Virus record (IMG/VR): IMGVR_UViG_3300029992_000006
Span: 1 to 59,109 of that record
Origin: a virus
Lineage: Duplodnaviria > Caudoviricetes
Length of the DNA: 59,109 nucleotides
Strand: one strand, 5' to 3'
Shown: in pieces, positions 17,717-28,361 of the stretch
Layout of the letters: the number at the start of each line of letters is the position of its first letter
Position numbering within the stretch: the stretch's first letter is position 1
The notes under the pieces: generated by a model
Databases searched by the model: none
What the model saw: the letters and a program-made list of their open reading frames with translations, nothing else
What the model was told of the DNA's origin: nothing
Position numbers and translations under genes: made by a program

Positions 17717-18603
17717 AACCAATGCTCGCCGTGGATCATGATCCAATGAAACTGAAGTATCCATGCTACGCCAGCCCCAAGCTAGACGGCCTGCGCGGTC
17801 TGGTACATGAAGGTAAGCTGCTGTCACGAAGTCTGAAGCTGATCCCGAACAAGCACGTCCAGGCGATCTTGTCGCAGCCCATGTTCGAGGGTATGGACGG
17901 TGAGCTGATTGCCGGCTCGCCGACCTCACCCAACGCCATGCAGGAGGCGACCAGCTTTTTCATGGCGCGGGATAAGGTCTCCGACGACTTCACGTTCTTT
18001 GTGTTCGACCTGCACAACGACCCTGACGAACCGTACATTGCCCGCCACGATGCCCTGATCAAGCGGTTCAACGGAGCCGCTACGATTGGCATGAACCTGC
18101 GCCTCCACGAACGTCGGCTGATCAACGATGAGGCCGAACTGCTGGAGTATGAAGCTGAGTGTCTGACCAAAGGGTATGAGGGGCTGATCCTGCGGTCACT
18201 GCACGGGCGCTATAAATTTGGTCGCTCAACATGCAATGAGGGCCTGCTGATGAAGGTGAAAAGATTTACCGACAGCGAGGCCAAAGTGATCGGGTTCGAG
18301 GAGCAGCTCGAAAACACCAATGAGAAGCAGGTCAACGAACTCGGTCGTTCCAAGCGATCAAGCCACAAGGCTGGCAAGGTCGGCAAAGGAACGCTGGGTG
18401 CGCTGGTTGTGCAGGATATCGTTTCCGGTGTGCAGTTCAACGTGGGTACCGGCTTGAACGACTGCATGCGCGATCACATCTGGGCAAACCGGCCCGAGCA
18501 CGAAGGCAAGACCATCAAGTACAAGTCGTTCCTGGTCGGCGTGAAGGATGCGCCCCGTCACCCTGTGTTCATTTCGTTTCGCTCACCTTTGGATATGTCA
18601 TGA
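17713..18603 (+). CDS. lig: ATP-dependent DNA ligase
   Basis: PKLDG; DGEL; FVFD; EGLILR; KVK; OB-fold VGTG; RHPVF. Confidence 0.93.
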   Translation: MKPMLAVDHDPMKLKYPCYASPKLDGLRGLVHEGKLLSRSLKLIPNKHVQAILSQPMFEGMDGELIAGSPTSPNAMQEATSFFMARDKVSDDFTFFVFDLHNDPDEPYIARHDALIKRFNGAATIGMNLRLHERRLINDEAELLEYEAECLTKGYEGLILRSLHGRYKFGRSTCNEGLLMKVKRFTDSEAKVIGFEEQLENTNEKQVNELGRSKRSSHKAGKVGKGTLGALVVQDIVSGVQFNVGTGLNDCMRDHIWANRPEHEGKTIKYKSFLVGVKDAPRHPVFISFRSPLDMS

Positions 18604-18742
18604 ACCCAATCATCCCCGAAGAACCAATCGATATGCAGCTCCGGCTGCAGTGGCCGCTGATCTGCCGCACTGCCTGCAGAGCCATGATCCTCAAGATGAC
18701 TTTCGAGGAAGTGGTCTATGCAGCGATGAAAGCGACTGCGTC

Positions 18743-18937
18743 ATGATCGACCACCTCGCAGCCGAACCGACCGGGTTCAATTACACCGACAAGCCACCAC
18801 GCGGTGTGAAGCTAACCCTGCTCACTAAGGGCAAGGTTCAGGTCACGGGCGTGTGGGTGGACGACGGCAGCTTCATTGCGTGGGCACCTCTGCTTCGCCG
18901 AAATCGGGCCAAGGAAAGGGAACTGGGGATTTTATGA
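18743..18937 (+). CDS. small hypothetical protein
   Basis: ATG18743; PPRGVKLTLLT...AWAPL; a 48-aa ORF (18600-18746) precedes it. Confidence 0.6.
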   Translation: MIDHLAAEPTGFNYTDKPPRGVKLTLLTKGKVQVTGVWVDDGSFIAWAPLLRRNRAKERELGIL

Positions 18938-19167
18938 ACCCGTTCGAAGACCATGAAACACGATTCAGTGAAGGCTGGTCGTTCCTCCAGTCACCGATTG
19001 GTCGGCGTAGCCGCCTGCATCCGAACAGGATCATAGGGTATGCGAGCGACACGCCGTTCGCCACCGATCAAGAAGCCCGCGACTTCGTCGTCAAGCGTGC
19101 CGCCGAGGGCAGCGAGTATCATCAGGTGTGTCTCGCGTACATCATGCAGGAGAGGATGACAAAATGA
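18934..19167 (+). CDS. hypothetical protein, tandem paralogue A
   Basis: EGW...PFATDQEARDFVVKRAAEGSEYHQVCLAY. Confidence 0.75.
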   Translation: MNPFEDHETRFSEGWSFLQSPIGRRSRLHPNRIIGYASDTPFATDQEARDFVVKRAAEGSEYHQVCLAYIMQERMTK

Positions 19168-19415
19168 GCGTGCTCTATCCTAACGATACTCGCGGGCGTG
19201 CTGAAGGGTGGAAGTTCAGCACGCGCCCACGATTCGCTGGCGACGAACGGGTCGTCATCAAGAAGTATTACGGCAACAAGAAAGACCGCGACGCGAAAAG
19301 GCCGTTCGCGACTGACGAGGACGCTGTTGCCTTCGTCATGGAGCGTGCTGCCAGCGGCAGCGGGTACCATCAAGAATGTTTAGCCTACGCGCTCGCGCAA
19401 CGACTTAAATACTAA
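19164..19415 (+). CDS. hypothetical protein, tandem paralogue B
   Basis: EGW...PFATDEDAVAFVMERAASGSGYHQECLAY. Confidence 0.75.
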   Translation: MSVLYPNDTRGRAEGWKFSTRPRFAGDERVVIKKYYGNKKDRDAKRPFATDEDAVAFVMERAASGSGYHQECLAYALAQRLKY

Positions 19416-19661
19416 AGCTAAAGCCCTCACGGGCTTTACACAAACACTGGGCGATCATTTATAATCGCGGCGCATAGCCCGGAAATATACCACTTCCATT
19501 TTTGATCCACCTCTACCTTCTATATACATATTATTACTCCCTTCTCTTCTCTTCTTCTATTAATTTATTTAAAGTAGAATGGAAGAATAGAAGAGGTATA
19601 TAGATAAAGGGTTTGCGGGCGATTTGCTACTTCCGTTCTTCCGGTTTCAAGCCCAATTTCC

Positions 19662-22600
19662 CTACTCCGACACTGGCTCGGACGGCCCACCCGCTGAATG
19701 ACCCTTACCGCCTGTGTCCAGCCAGTCATTAAACGGTACAGGCATGAGTGCGTTGGCGTACTGCGACGACCCGCCACCACTGCCCACCGCTCTCGCCAGC
19801 CGTTCAATTTCCGACACATCAGGCCCGAGTGCATTGAGATAACCACCGTGTGACCGGATGCCGTTGAACTCGTCAGCGGCGTACTGACCAGTGGACAGCA
19901 GCCCCGCTCGTGAAGTCTCGTGTGCCAGCCAGTCGCCCGTGTCCCAGTTCTGCTGGTACGCCGGCATCGACCCGCCGCCTATTATATACGCCTTCATCAT
20001 GTCCGCAGCGAACATCACCGGTACGTAAGCGCCGAGCGCGACGAGAGGCTGGTTGTTTCCGTGCGCAGCTTCATGGGCCACGCGCTTGAGGATCGTGTCG
20101 TGAAACGCGTAGGTGTACGACTTCATGTGCGCCATCAACGCGAAGTACGGGTCGTTCATCCATGTGGCCTTCTTCGTGGCGTCAGGCCGAACCACCGCGC
20201 CGTCCACCCAAGTGTTGACCGCCATCTTCATCTTGGCGACCTGCGTGTCGACCTTCGCCTCTAGCGCGTCGCCGGAAATCCCCTGCGTCTTAAAGTGTTC
20301 CCGCAGCTCGTCGGCGTCCGTAACCAGCTCGCCGTTCTTCACGACCGCTTCGCCCTTCTTCAGCCCCAGCTCCTCCATGTACCGTGCGCTGTGCCCGTTG
20401 TAGCCGTCGTTGTGACGAGCGATGAACTTCGCCGCCGCCACCGCCGCGCCTGCGCGCATGTTCCGGCCCTGCTGCTCCATCAGGTTATACTTGAACAGCA
20501 TGTCGTTGACTCTGCGCGACCAGTTCCCCAGCCCAGTCACACCGTAAGCCGACTGCACCGCATGGCCCAGCATGGCGTTCTCGATCACGCCCATGTCCTC
20601 GGCGAATTTATCCTTGGCGTCAGGCTTCGAGTCGGTGATCAGATTTTTGGCTATCTTAAAGATGCCGTCCTTGTACGCGCTGGCCGCGTCGCCCCATGTA
20701 CCGCCGCGTACCTTGATGCCTATCGGGTCAACCATCCCGGAGAACCAGCCCAACCCCAGCACGCGCAGGTTGTTGGCGACCATGAGGCCGGACATCAGCC
20801 TGCGGGCCTTCGGTGACAGCTCACTACCCAGCGAGCCGTTCACGCCGTTCATGTAGTTGTCGAACTGTTTGATCTGCTCGTCCGTGGCACCGTGTTTGAG
20901 AATAGCCTGCTGCCGTGCAGCGTTGATCTTCCCGTTGTCGTCGTCGAACCGCGCCGCCCACTCTGCCCGCTTGATGCCCTGGTGAACATAGGATGACATC
21001 ACGCGCATCGGGTCGTCGATCAAGAATGGTGCGCGCTCGGCGGCGGTGAAGTGCTTGAATACTCGCTCCTTGGCGAACACGTTGCCGGGTTTCGTATCGG
21101 GGCGCACGTCCTGGATGCCCAGCTCGTTGCCGTCGTTGCGCATCAGGTGATTCATGATACTCTGCGGGGTACCGTCGAACCCTTCGCGCCTGATCGCCTC
21201 CGCAGCCATCTTCAGAAACTCGGGCTGGTGGCCGGCAATGTAAGCAGCGTCCCACTGCACAGGGGTGTGGTCCTTGATGAACCCGATCTTCACCCCAGCC
21301 TTCGTCATGCCGTCATACACGTCCGTGAGCGTCTTGCGCAGGATCGCCTTGATCTCCGCGTGCTCAGGAGTATCGACCTGCCCTTTTTCTCTGGTCTGCA
21401 TCTGCGCCCACGCCGCTTTCTTGTCGGCGTCGGAGAACTTCGACAATGAAGCCGCCAACTGATTCATCGTGTCACGCGCCTTCTGCGTGTAAGTCGGAAT
21501 GAACCCGCGATCCTCGCCTGTACGATTGGCGTGCTGGCCGGTCAAGTCCACCATTTTCGTCAGCGGGTCGATGTTCATGTCCCGGATACCTTGGCTACCG
21601 ATCCCCAACACCCGCTGTCCGAGGTTGTACATCGGCTTCATCGCTTCGCCGATGTGGTGCAGCGACTCGTTCCTGCCTGCTCTGATCAGCGCGTTATGCA
21701 CGGCGCTGCGGTCGCCGATATTCCTCACCACGTCGCCGGAGCTGAAATACTTCATGATCTGCACGGCACGCTCGTCGGAAGTCCAGATACCCAGCGTGCG
21801 CTTGATGAAGTCGCCGATGCGCTGGAATATGCCCTTGACCTCGCCGCCGACCTTCAGCTTGCCGGCCTCGTGGAACTGATACATGTAGGCAGCACGCTCC
21901 TCGGCGCTATCCTGGCACTGCTTCCACGCAGCTGGCTCATCCTTCAGCAGCTCGCGCAGCTGGCCCCTGACGGACGGGGAGGAAGCCGTTTTCGCCAGCG
22001 CGTCGTTGACCTCCTTCATGCCCATCTTGCGCATGTGGTCGAAGAGCGCGTGCATGGACTCATGCAGCGCCACGCTCCCAGGGTCTTTTGCGAAGACTGA
22101 CACCTTGATCCCAGCTCGGGCCAGCCCGTCAGCAAGCTGCGGCGTGAATTCTCCCGCGTGCTTCATGGTGCTGCTGAACATCCTGGACACCAGCGGCCCG
22201 AGCCGGTCATTGATGATCTTGGCGACCTCGGCTTTCTGCGCGTCGGTGATTCGCCCGGTACCAATCGCTGTGTCGGACTTGGAAGCGTCGGCTTTCCACT
22301 CCCCGGCCAGCGCTTGTTTCGCCGGGTCCATGCCGATCAGTTGATCAGGATCGTGAGCGATCAGGTCGGAGATTTTTGTGTTGAGGGCATCGACAACCTG
22401 CTTGGTGTTGGCATCGCGCTCCCAGCCTTTTTTGTCGACCAGTCGGGACACGGCAGACTGCAGACTTTTCGCGTCGGTGGACGCTTTCACGCGTTCAAGC
22501 GTGGCGTCACGGCCTGCGTCGGTCTTAACGGTATCTCTGAATGCCTTGGCAACCTGCGCCTCGGTCTTCGGGAACACGCGCGGCTTACCTTCCGCAGCGA

Positions 22601-25600
22601 GGGCGGCGTTGCTCTTGGCGAGCTTGTTCTGGCTGGCATCGAGGGACTTGGTTAAGCCGTCTATCGTGCCGCCCACAGCCTCGATCCGCTTGGTGTCTTT
22701 CAGCTCGCTGTACAGCTTGGCCTGATCCTTCGGCGGCATCTTATCCCAGTTCTTCAGCAGCCCACGCGCCTGCGCGATGACGGCGCGGTCGCTCGCACTT
22801 TTGGCACCGACGCCAAGTGAGTTAATCTTGGTCTCCACGAGGGACTTGCCCAGAGCGTTGACCTCGCCGTTCTTGTCTAGTCCTCTCGCTTTATCAGCGA
22901 TGGCGTGGTTCGGCACAGCGTCGGCAGCGTCGATCCCGCGCACCGCAGCGGAAACCCTACCGAGATCGTCACCATGCTCTTTGTCGGCGAGGTGGATATT
23001 ATCGTCGTTGGGGTCAATCTCGGTTCTACCTAACCCCGGCTCGCCAGCTTCCTTGATCTGGTCGCCGCCCTGAAAGTCCGGTGCCCAGTCAGCTGGTTTT
23101 ACCCGTTGTGGGTCGCCGCTCTTGACCGCTTCGAATCGAGCGGTCTCCGCGCGTGCGTCAGCCCCGGCCTGGATTCTGTCAGCGCTGGCACTTTTCTGGT
23201 CGGCGTTGACCTTCTCCCACCCGAGGTCGTAAGCGTCAGCCCCTTTAAACCCAGCGGCCTTCATTCTGGCGGTCACTTCATTCAGCCAATGTTTCGCCTC
23301 GGCGGCAGCTTTCGGCCCCAGCCCCTTAGCCGCGCTGACCTTTTTCACGGCTTCGACGGTGGTTTTGATCTCAGCGTCCGACATGCCGAGTTTCTTCTGC
23401 ACCTTGGATACGTTGGCCTGATGGTTGCTCGCCTCCACATCCAGCGTGGATATGGCGCGACGCTGTTCGGCGTTGGACATCGGCTCTTTAGCAGTCTTGC
23501 CGGTGGCGTCGGCCTTGTCCAGCTCACTGCCCATATCAGGCCGCTCAAGCGCCGGCAGATTTTTCAGGTCGCCGTAAGTCACACCCTTGGCAACCACTGT
23601 GCTGTCGCTCGGCTCGATGCGGGCACCAAGGCGATCAGATAGAGCAGCCACGCCCGCATGAAAGTTATCTCGCAGCGCGTGCAGCTTCTCGTTCCTCGCT
23701 TGCGCCGGATCGCCCACGCTCTCGCTGACATCACTGTGGCCCATCTTGCGCTGAATGACACCAGCGATCCGCTTGGCGTCCAGGTTGAGCGTCTTGCCGT
23801 CGCCGCCCTTGACCTCCATGCGGCTGTCGGAGTTCGGGTATTTGTCCGTGTCCAACTTCATGTTCTGCACGTCGTCGGCAGTGAAGGCGTCGCGGCTCGT
23901 GCGCCCCTTCGCCGTGACCAGCCCGTAGTTCTCCGGCTTGCCCTTCGTCTGCGCGTTCAGTTTCGTGGCCGGTACGCCATTCTCTCTGGCGTGGTCCGTA
24001 GCGGAAACCCAGCCGATGGCTGCGTCAGGATGAGCAGCTGCGGCCTGTGCTGCGACATCCGACGCCGTGCTGCGTGTGGCGTCGCCATATTCGGCCTTGT
24101 GGGCCTCGTCACTCAGCATGTACTGCGGGTTCGCCTTGTCCTTGCCCTGGCCGTAATAGTTCGTGTACTCCGGGTCAGTTGCGTCGAACGACGCGCCGGG
24201 GTCTACTCCGGGGGCATCACTCAGCTCGCTCTCGCTCTTGGCCGCGCCGGTAACGGACGAACCTTCGTCGCTGATCTCGCTGCCTTTTTCGCTCTCGAAC
24301 AAATCGCTGACCTGCCGAGGATCGTTGAAGGTGTCCCGCATCACGTTGTCGATATGCTCCGTCAACATCTTGCTCTCGGCAGGATTCAGCCCTCTCGTCA
24401 AGTCGTCGTTAAAATACGACTTCAAATAGGGGATCAACTGATTAACGTAACCGGGCTGCACGTCTTTGTCTTTCAGCATGCCGGTCAGGCTGTCCGTCAG
24501 CGTCTTCTTGTCGCTCGCCGCTTTCATGACCTGATTTACCGCCGTCAGGAAATTGTCTTTGCCCTCCCCCGGCTCCATCTCACCGTACATGTGAACTAGC
24601 GCTGTTGGCGGCTTGCCGTTATCCTGCAGCATATCGGCGACATCCTGCACACGCCACGGTTCAACCTTGCCTGCCTTGGCTTTCGCCACGAACGCCGCCA
24701 GTGTTTTAGCGTCGTCCGCAGCCGCACCTTCAGGAGCGTTGGTGCTCATCATGCTCATGCTGACATCAGGGGGCAGTTCATCCGGCAGCGGCGGCTCATC
24801 AGCAGGCAGGTTCTTCGGCGCTCTCTCCGCACGACGGCGAGCCATCGCTGCATTCGTCGCGTCGTCCTTGGCCTTGATATCGGCCTGCAGCTGGTCCATC
24901 GCCATCATGGCTTCTTCAGGCGGCTTGCCTTCAGCCGCTGCTGCGAGATCGGGAGGCGCGGGCGGAGTGAACACTTTCGTCGCTGCGTCCATGCGCGCAC
25001 CGAGCGGCGCGGACTCCGACGTACCCAAATCATCGGGTGCAGGCACCGCTGGTTTGTCCAGCGCCACCGGCACTCCGCTGCTCTTGCTGACCGCTCCATC
25101 CTTCCCATTGCCGAACACCTTGCTGGTTATGCTGCCGCTGGCGGCTTCACCGGGTTTTGGTTCGGCTTTCGCGCCCCGCATGTCACCGGCAGCGCCCAGC
25201 ACGCCGAACGGCGCACCCATAGCACCGCCCTCAATAGCCGCTTGCTTGTCCTCTTCCAGATCGTTCGACGCGTCGCGGTTAGGGTTTAAATGGCTCGCCG
25301 CCTGATGGCCGATCTCCGTTGACGCAGCCATCGCTGCAGCGTTGCCGGCCACCGCGCCCGGTACGTTGTGGGCCAGTCCCTCAAGGAATGGCGTAGCAGT
25401 TTTAGCAACACCTTCGACGGCGGGAGCCAAGAACTTACTCTCAATCGTGCCAGGGGCAGCAGCCGTAACAAGGGACTGTAGGCCCCCGCCAACGCCTGCG
25501 GTAAGGGTTCGGTCCAGCCACGGCTTTTTAGCCTGTTCTGGGTCGTTTTGCTGGGCCTGAAGCTGCTCTCCGATCATGCCGGGAGCCATACCGGCAGCGT

Positions 25601-25991
25601 TGCCGAGCACCGCGCCCTCTGCGGACACTCCACCGGGGAAATACCTTGCGGCGAGTGCTCCGGCTGCGCCTGCGGCGACGGTCGGTGCCATCGCGCCGAG
25701 GTTGTACATGCCCCAGTTACCGAAGTCGCGAAGGCCATGCACATCGGAGAAATGCTGCACTGCACCTTGAGAGTCAGCCGCAGCTGCCTGCTGGTTGGCT
25801 ACGGACTGCGCACGCTGGTCTGCGGCGAACTGATCGGCCCCTAAGCCCTCACCGGCCTGACCGAGCAGCTGGTGGGTTTGGCTTTTGACGCCTTCCCAGC
25901 CTGCACGGAGACCCTTAACTAATGATCCATCCCCACCCGTCGCGTCCGTGGAGTAGGTCGGAGCTGGCATCAAGTCCTGGAGGCCAGCCAT
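19662..25991 (-). CDS. large internal virion/ejection protein (polyvalent type, HExxH domain)
   Basis: 2109 aa; last gene of the late operon; Ala/Gly-rich hydrophobic N-terminus; VALHESMH. Confidence 0.75.
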   Translation of the reverse strand: MAGLQDLMPAPTYSTDATGGDGSLVKGLRAGWEGVKSQTHQLLGQAGEGLGADQFAADQRAQSVANQQAAAADSQGAVQHFSDVHGLRDFGNWGMYNLGAMAPTVAAGAAGALAARYFPGGVSAEGAVLGNAAGMAPGMIGEQLQAQQNDPEQAKKPWLDRTLTAGVGGGLQSLVTAAAPGTIESKFLAPAVEGVAKTATPFLEGLAHNVPGAVAGNAAAMAASTEIGHQAASHLNPNRDASNDLEEDKQAAIEGGAMGAPFGVLGAAGDMRGAKAEPKPGEAASGSITSKVFGNGKDGAVSKSSGVPVALDKPAVPAPDDLGTSESAPLGARMDAATKVFTPPAPPDLAAAAEGKPPEEAMMAMDQLQADIKAKDDATNAAMARRRAERAPKNLPADEPPLPDELPPDVSMSMMSTNAPEGAAADDAKTLAAFVAKAKAGKVEPWRVQDVADMLQDNGKPPTALVHMYGEMEPGEGKDNFLTAVNQVMKAASDKKTLTDSLTGMLKDKDVQPGYVNQLIPYLKSYFNDDLTRGLNPAESKMLTEHIDNVMRDTFNDPRQVSDLFESEKGSEISDEGSSVTGAAKSESELSDAPGVDPGASFDATDPEYTNYYGQGKDKANPQYMLSDEAHKAEYGDATRSTASDVAAQAAAAHPDAAIGWVSATDHARENGVPATKLNAQTKGKPENYGLVTAKGRTSRDAFTADDVQNMKLDTDKYPNSDSRMEVKGGDGKTLNLDAKRIAGVIQRKMGHSDVSESVGDPAQARNEKLHALRDNFHAGVAALSDRLGARIEPSDSTVVAKGVTYGDLKNLPALERPDMGSELDKADATGKTAKEPMSNAEQRRAISTLDVEASNHQANVSKVQKKLGMSDAEIKTTVEAVKKVSAAKGLGPKAAAEAKHWLNEVTARMKAAGFKGADAYDLGWEKVNADQKSASADRIQAGADARAETARFEAVKSGDPQRVKPADWAPDFQGGDQIKEAGEPGLGRTEIDPNDDNIHLADKEHGDDLGRVSAAVRGIDAADAVPNHAIADKARGLDKNGEVNALGKSLVETKINSLGVGAKSASDRAVIAQARGLLKNWDKMPPKDQAKLYSELKDTKRIEAVGGTIDGLTKSLDASQNKLAKSNAALAAEGKPRVFPKTEAQVAKAFRDTVKTDAGRDATLERVKASTDAKSLQSAVSRLVDKKGWERDANTKQVVDALNTKISDLIAHDPDQLIGMDPAKQALAGEWKADASKSDTAIGTGRITDAQKAEVAKIINDRLGPLVSRMFSSTMKHAGEFTPQLADGLARAGIKVSVFAKDPGSVALHESMHALFDHMRKMGMKEVNDALAKTASSPSVRGQLRELLKDEPAAWKQCQDSAEERAAYMYQFHEAGKLKVGGEVKGIFQRIGDFIKRTLGIWTSDERAVQIMKYFSSGDVVRNIGDRSAVHNALIRAGRNESLHHIGEAMKPMYNLGQRVLGIGSQGIRDMNIDPLTKMVDLTGQHANRTGEDRGFIPTYTQKARDTMNQLAASLSKFSDADKKAAWAQMQTREKGQVDTPEHAEIKAILRKTLTDVYDGMTKAGVKIGFIKDHTPVQWDAAYIAGHQPEFLKMAAEAIRREGFDGTPQSIMNHLMRNDGNELGIQDVRPDTKPGNVFAKERVFKHFTAAERAPFLIDDPMRVMSSYVHQGIKRAEWAARFDDDNGKINAARQQAILKHGATDEQIKQFDNYMNGVNGSLGSELSPKARRLMSGLMVANNLRVLGLGWFSGMVDPIGIKVRGGTWGDAASAYKDGIFKIAKNLITDSKPDAKDKFAEDMGVIENAMLGHAVQSAYGVTGLGNWSRRVNDMLFKYNLMEQQGRNMRAGAAVAAAKFIARHNDGYNGHSARYMEELGLKKGEAVVKNGELVTDADELREHFKTQGISGDALEAKVDTQVAKMKMAVNTWVDGAVVRPDATKKATWMNDPYFALMAHMKSYTYAFHDTILKRVAHEAAHGNNQPLVALGAYVPVMFAADMMKAYIIGGGSMPAYQQNWDTGDWLAHETSRAGLLSTGQYAADEFNGIRSHGGYLNALGPDVSEIERLARAVGSGGGSSQYANALMPVPFNDWLDTGGKGHSAGGPSEPVSE

Positions 25992-28303
25992 TATTGACCT
26001 CCTTGCATGAGCGAGGAGAATTCGTCGCCTGACGGCTGACCCATGATACGGTCGGAGTTCACCTTGTCGACAATACGACCAGGGATAACCTGACCGGAGC
26101 GTTTTGCCCCAGAGGCATCAGTATAATCTGGCGTCTGGTAGTCACCGTTTGTCATCCTCTTCATACCTACGAGGTTATGGGGCATTACCGTCTTCATGTA
26201 ATCCGCCATGAATGGGTTCCAGGTCGAAGCGTTGGAGTTGATCTTGGAAATCAGTTTGCTCCCAGCCAGCAGCTGCTGGCGCTTCAGCGGATCGAGCGCG
26301 GCATAGCTCTTGATGCCAAGCGCAGCCATTGACTGACCAATGCCAGTTCTCTGCTGCGCCACGGTAGCGTCGTCGAACTTCCCTGGCTCGGAGCCGGGGT
26401 TCTGCTTCTGGAGGTCAGTCGTCAACTGGGTATCGGATTTTTGGTTCTGCTCGAAGTTCTGCGCATCCTGTTCGCGCTTGTTGGTTATATCCTGCTGACC
26501 GAGCAGATCGCGGTGGTTCATCTGCGCGATAGCCATCTGCGCCCGCGCCTGATCACGCAGGGCTGCGGAATTGATCATGCTGGCTTGCACAGTGCTCTGG
26601 TTGTTTTCGCGCTGCACGTCATGGCCGTACATTTCCGAGCCGTAACGGGAGTCGATTTCCCGGCTGCGCAGCCCTTGATCGCCAGTAACCTGTTGTTGCT
26701 GAATGTTCAGCCCCTGCTGGCGCATAGCGGCTTTCTGCATGCCCCCACGGTAAGCGAGATCGGCGAGTGAGTCGCCTTGACCAAGACCACCAGAGTTGCC
26801 TGATTGAAGCCCCCGCCCGGCTGCGAAATCTCGCATCGCCTCACCCGGCCTGTCGTCGGCGTACTGCGTCGGCGCGTAGGCTGCGCGCAGGTTAGCAGCC
26901 ACGGAGCCGGGGGATGACCCCTGCTGCGTACCGGAGCCGGGGGAGAAAAACACGCGCTTCCCGCTCGAATTGGTCATTGAGCCGTAGCCGGGGATAGGGT
27001 TGCCGCTACCATCTGTCGCCATACCGTCTTTACCGACGATGGGGTCAGGAACAGGAACAGGAGCAGAGGCTACGGTCGGCGCTGGGGTGCTGGGGGTCGC
27101 TGGGGTTGTCGGCGCTGGGGTTGTCGGCGCAGAGACAGTATCCGCCCCTCGCGAGTTAGCCTGAGCAGCGAGCACGGCAGCGCTTGGGTTTTGGTCTTTA
27201 TAGTAGGAGTCGGGTCGTCCTGGGGTCTGTGTATCTCCACCCGGCATGTGTGCGGTACCGGCTTCTTGGTGCAGCAGCGGCTGGCCATTCCACCAGCGGC
27301 TTATCGCTTCGCCAGGGCTTGCCAGCCCGTCAGCCAAAGATGGGTTGCTTTTGGTGATCGATTTACCGATCTGATTGCCCATCAACGCCGCACCGCCAAC
27401 GGTAGCAGTGAGCGGGGCGGCAAGCCCACCGGCAAGCGCTGGTACGAAGCTCCCCGCAGACCCAAGCCCGAGCGCAGTACCGCCAGCGAGACGTGTAGAG
27501 TTGTCGGTGTTGACCCCATTCAAGTGCATGTCGCGCGCGGCGTCTGCAGCAGCGTATGTGCCACCCAGTACGCCACCCACGTTCGCGGCTCTGCCCAGCC
27601 AACTACCCATCGAGCGCACCCCATTTGCCGCGCGGGAAACGATACCTGGAGCGGATTCTGTGGTTGTCGATGCGGCAGGAGCGGCCTGCGGTGCGGCACC
27701 GAGGGTAGTGGTCAACTCAGGCGCTGCGGGGGGCGTGGGGGGCGTGGTGGTGATGCTCGGGTTATATCGCGTGTAACCAGCGGCAGGGTCAGCTGCGCGG
27801 ACGCCAGTGGGAGCGGCGAGCGCTGGGTCAGCTGCGAGGGTGTCGAAGCTGCGGGGGCTGACGGTGTAATTACCGGCAGGTACAGGTCCGTGAGCGACGG
27901 TCTCTTGAGCATTCGCTGGGGCGTCGCCGTTGGCTATCTTGCTTGCCATCCAGTCACGGGCCTCGCCTATCATGTTCCCTGCGTCGCCCATAAACCCGCC
28001 GTCAGCCATGTGCTGCATGCCGCCCCGCAGTCCGTTGTTCACAGGCGTGTGTGTGGCGTCCTTCAGCGCATCCAGGTTGGCTTTGCCGACGTGCGCGACG
28101 GTATCAGCCGGCAGCACGTACTCTCCCTTGGAGATCATGGCAGGAACGCTGTCGCTGGTGCCGGTGCCAGGGCCTTGAACAAAGCCCTGCTGGCGAAGAC
28201 CCTGCCCACCGTTAGATAGATGCAGAGGTTGGGTTAAGGCAGGTTGAGTGCTGCGCAGGCCCATCTGGGCCTTGGCTTTGAAGGATTTCTGGATGTTGTT
28301 CAT
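25991..28303 (-). CDS. internal virion/ejection protein
   Basis: GPGTGTSDSVPAMISKGEYVL motif; Gln-rich coils. Confidence 0.7.
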   Translation of the reverse strand: MNNIQKSFKAKAQMGLRSTQPALTQPLHLSNGGQGLRQQGFVQGPGTGTSDSVPAMISKGEYVLPADTVAHVGKANLDALKDATHTPVNNGLRGGMQHMADGGFMGDAGNMIGEARDWMASKIANGDAPANAQETVAHGPVPAGNYTVSPRSFDTLAADPALAAPTGVRAADPAAGYTRYNPSITTTPPTPPAAPELTTTLGAAPQAAPAASTTTESAPGIVSRAANGVRSMGSWLGRAANVGGVLGGTYAAADAARDMHLNGVNTDNSTRLAGGTALGLGSAGSFVPALAGGLAAPLTATVGGAALMGNQIGKSITKSNPSLADGLASPGEAISRWWNGQPLLHQEAGTAHMPGGDTQTPGRPDSYYKDQNPSAAVLAAQANSRGADTVSAPTTPAPTTPATPSTPAPTVASAPVPVPDPIVGKDGMATDGSGNPIPGYGSMTNSSGKRVFFSPGSGTQQGSSPGSVAANLRAAYAPTQYADDRPGEAMRDFAAGRGLQSGNSGGLGQGDSLADLAYRGGMQKAAMRQQGLNIQQQQVTGDQGLRSREIDSRYGSEMYGHDVQRENNQSTVQASMINSAALRDQARAQMAIAQMNHRDLLGQQDITNKREQDAQNFEQNQKSDTQLTTDLQKQNPGSEPGKFDDATVAQQRTGIGQSMAALGIKSYAALDPLKRQQLLAGSKLISKINSNASTWNPFMADYMKTVMPHNLVGMKRMTNGDYQTPDYTDASGAKRSGQVIPGRIVDKVNSDRIMGQPSGDEFSSLMQGGQ

Positions 28304-28361
28304 AGGGCCTCACGAAGAAGCCCTAATTTTACATCGTTAGATAGATATTAGATAGATGGCA

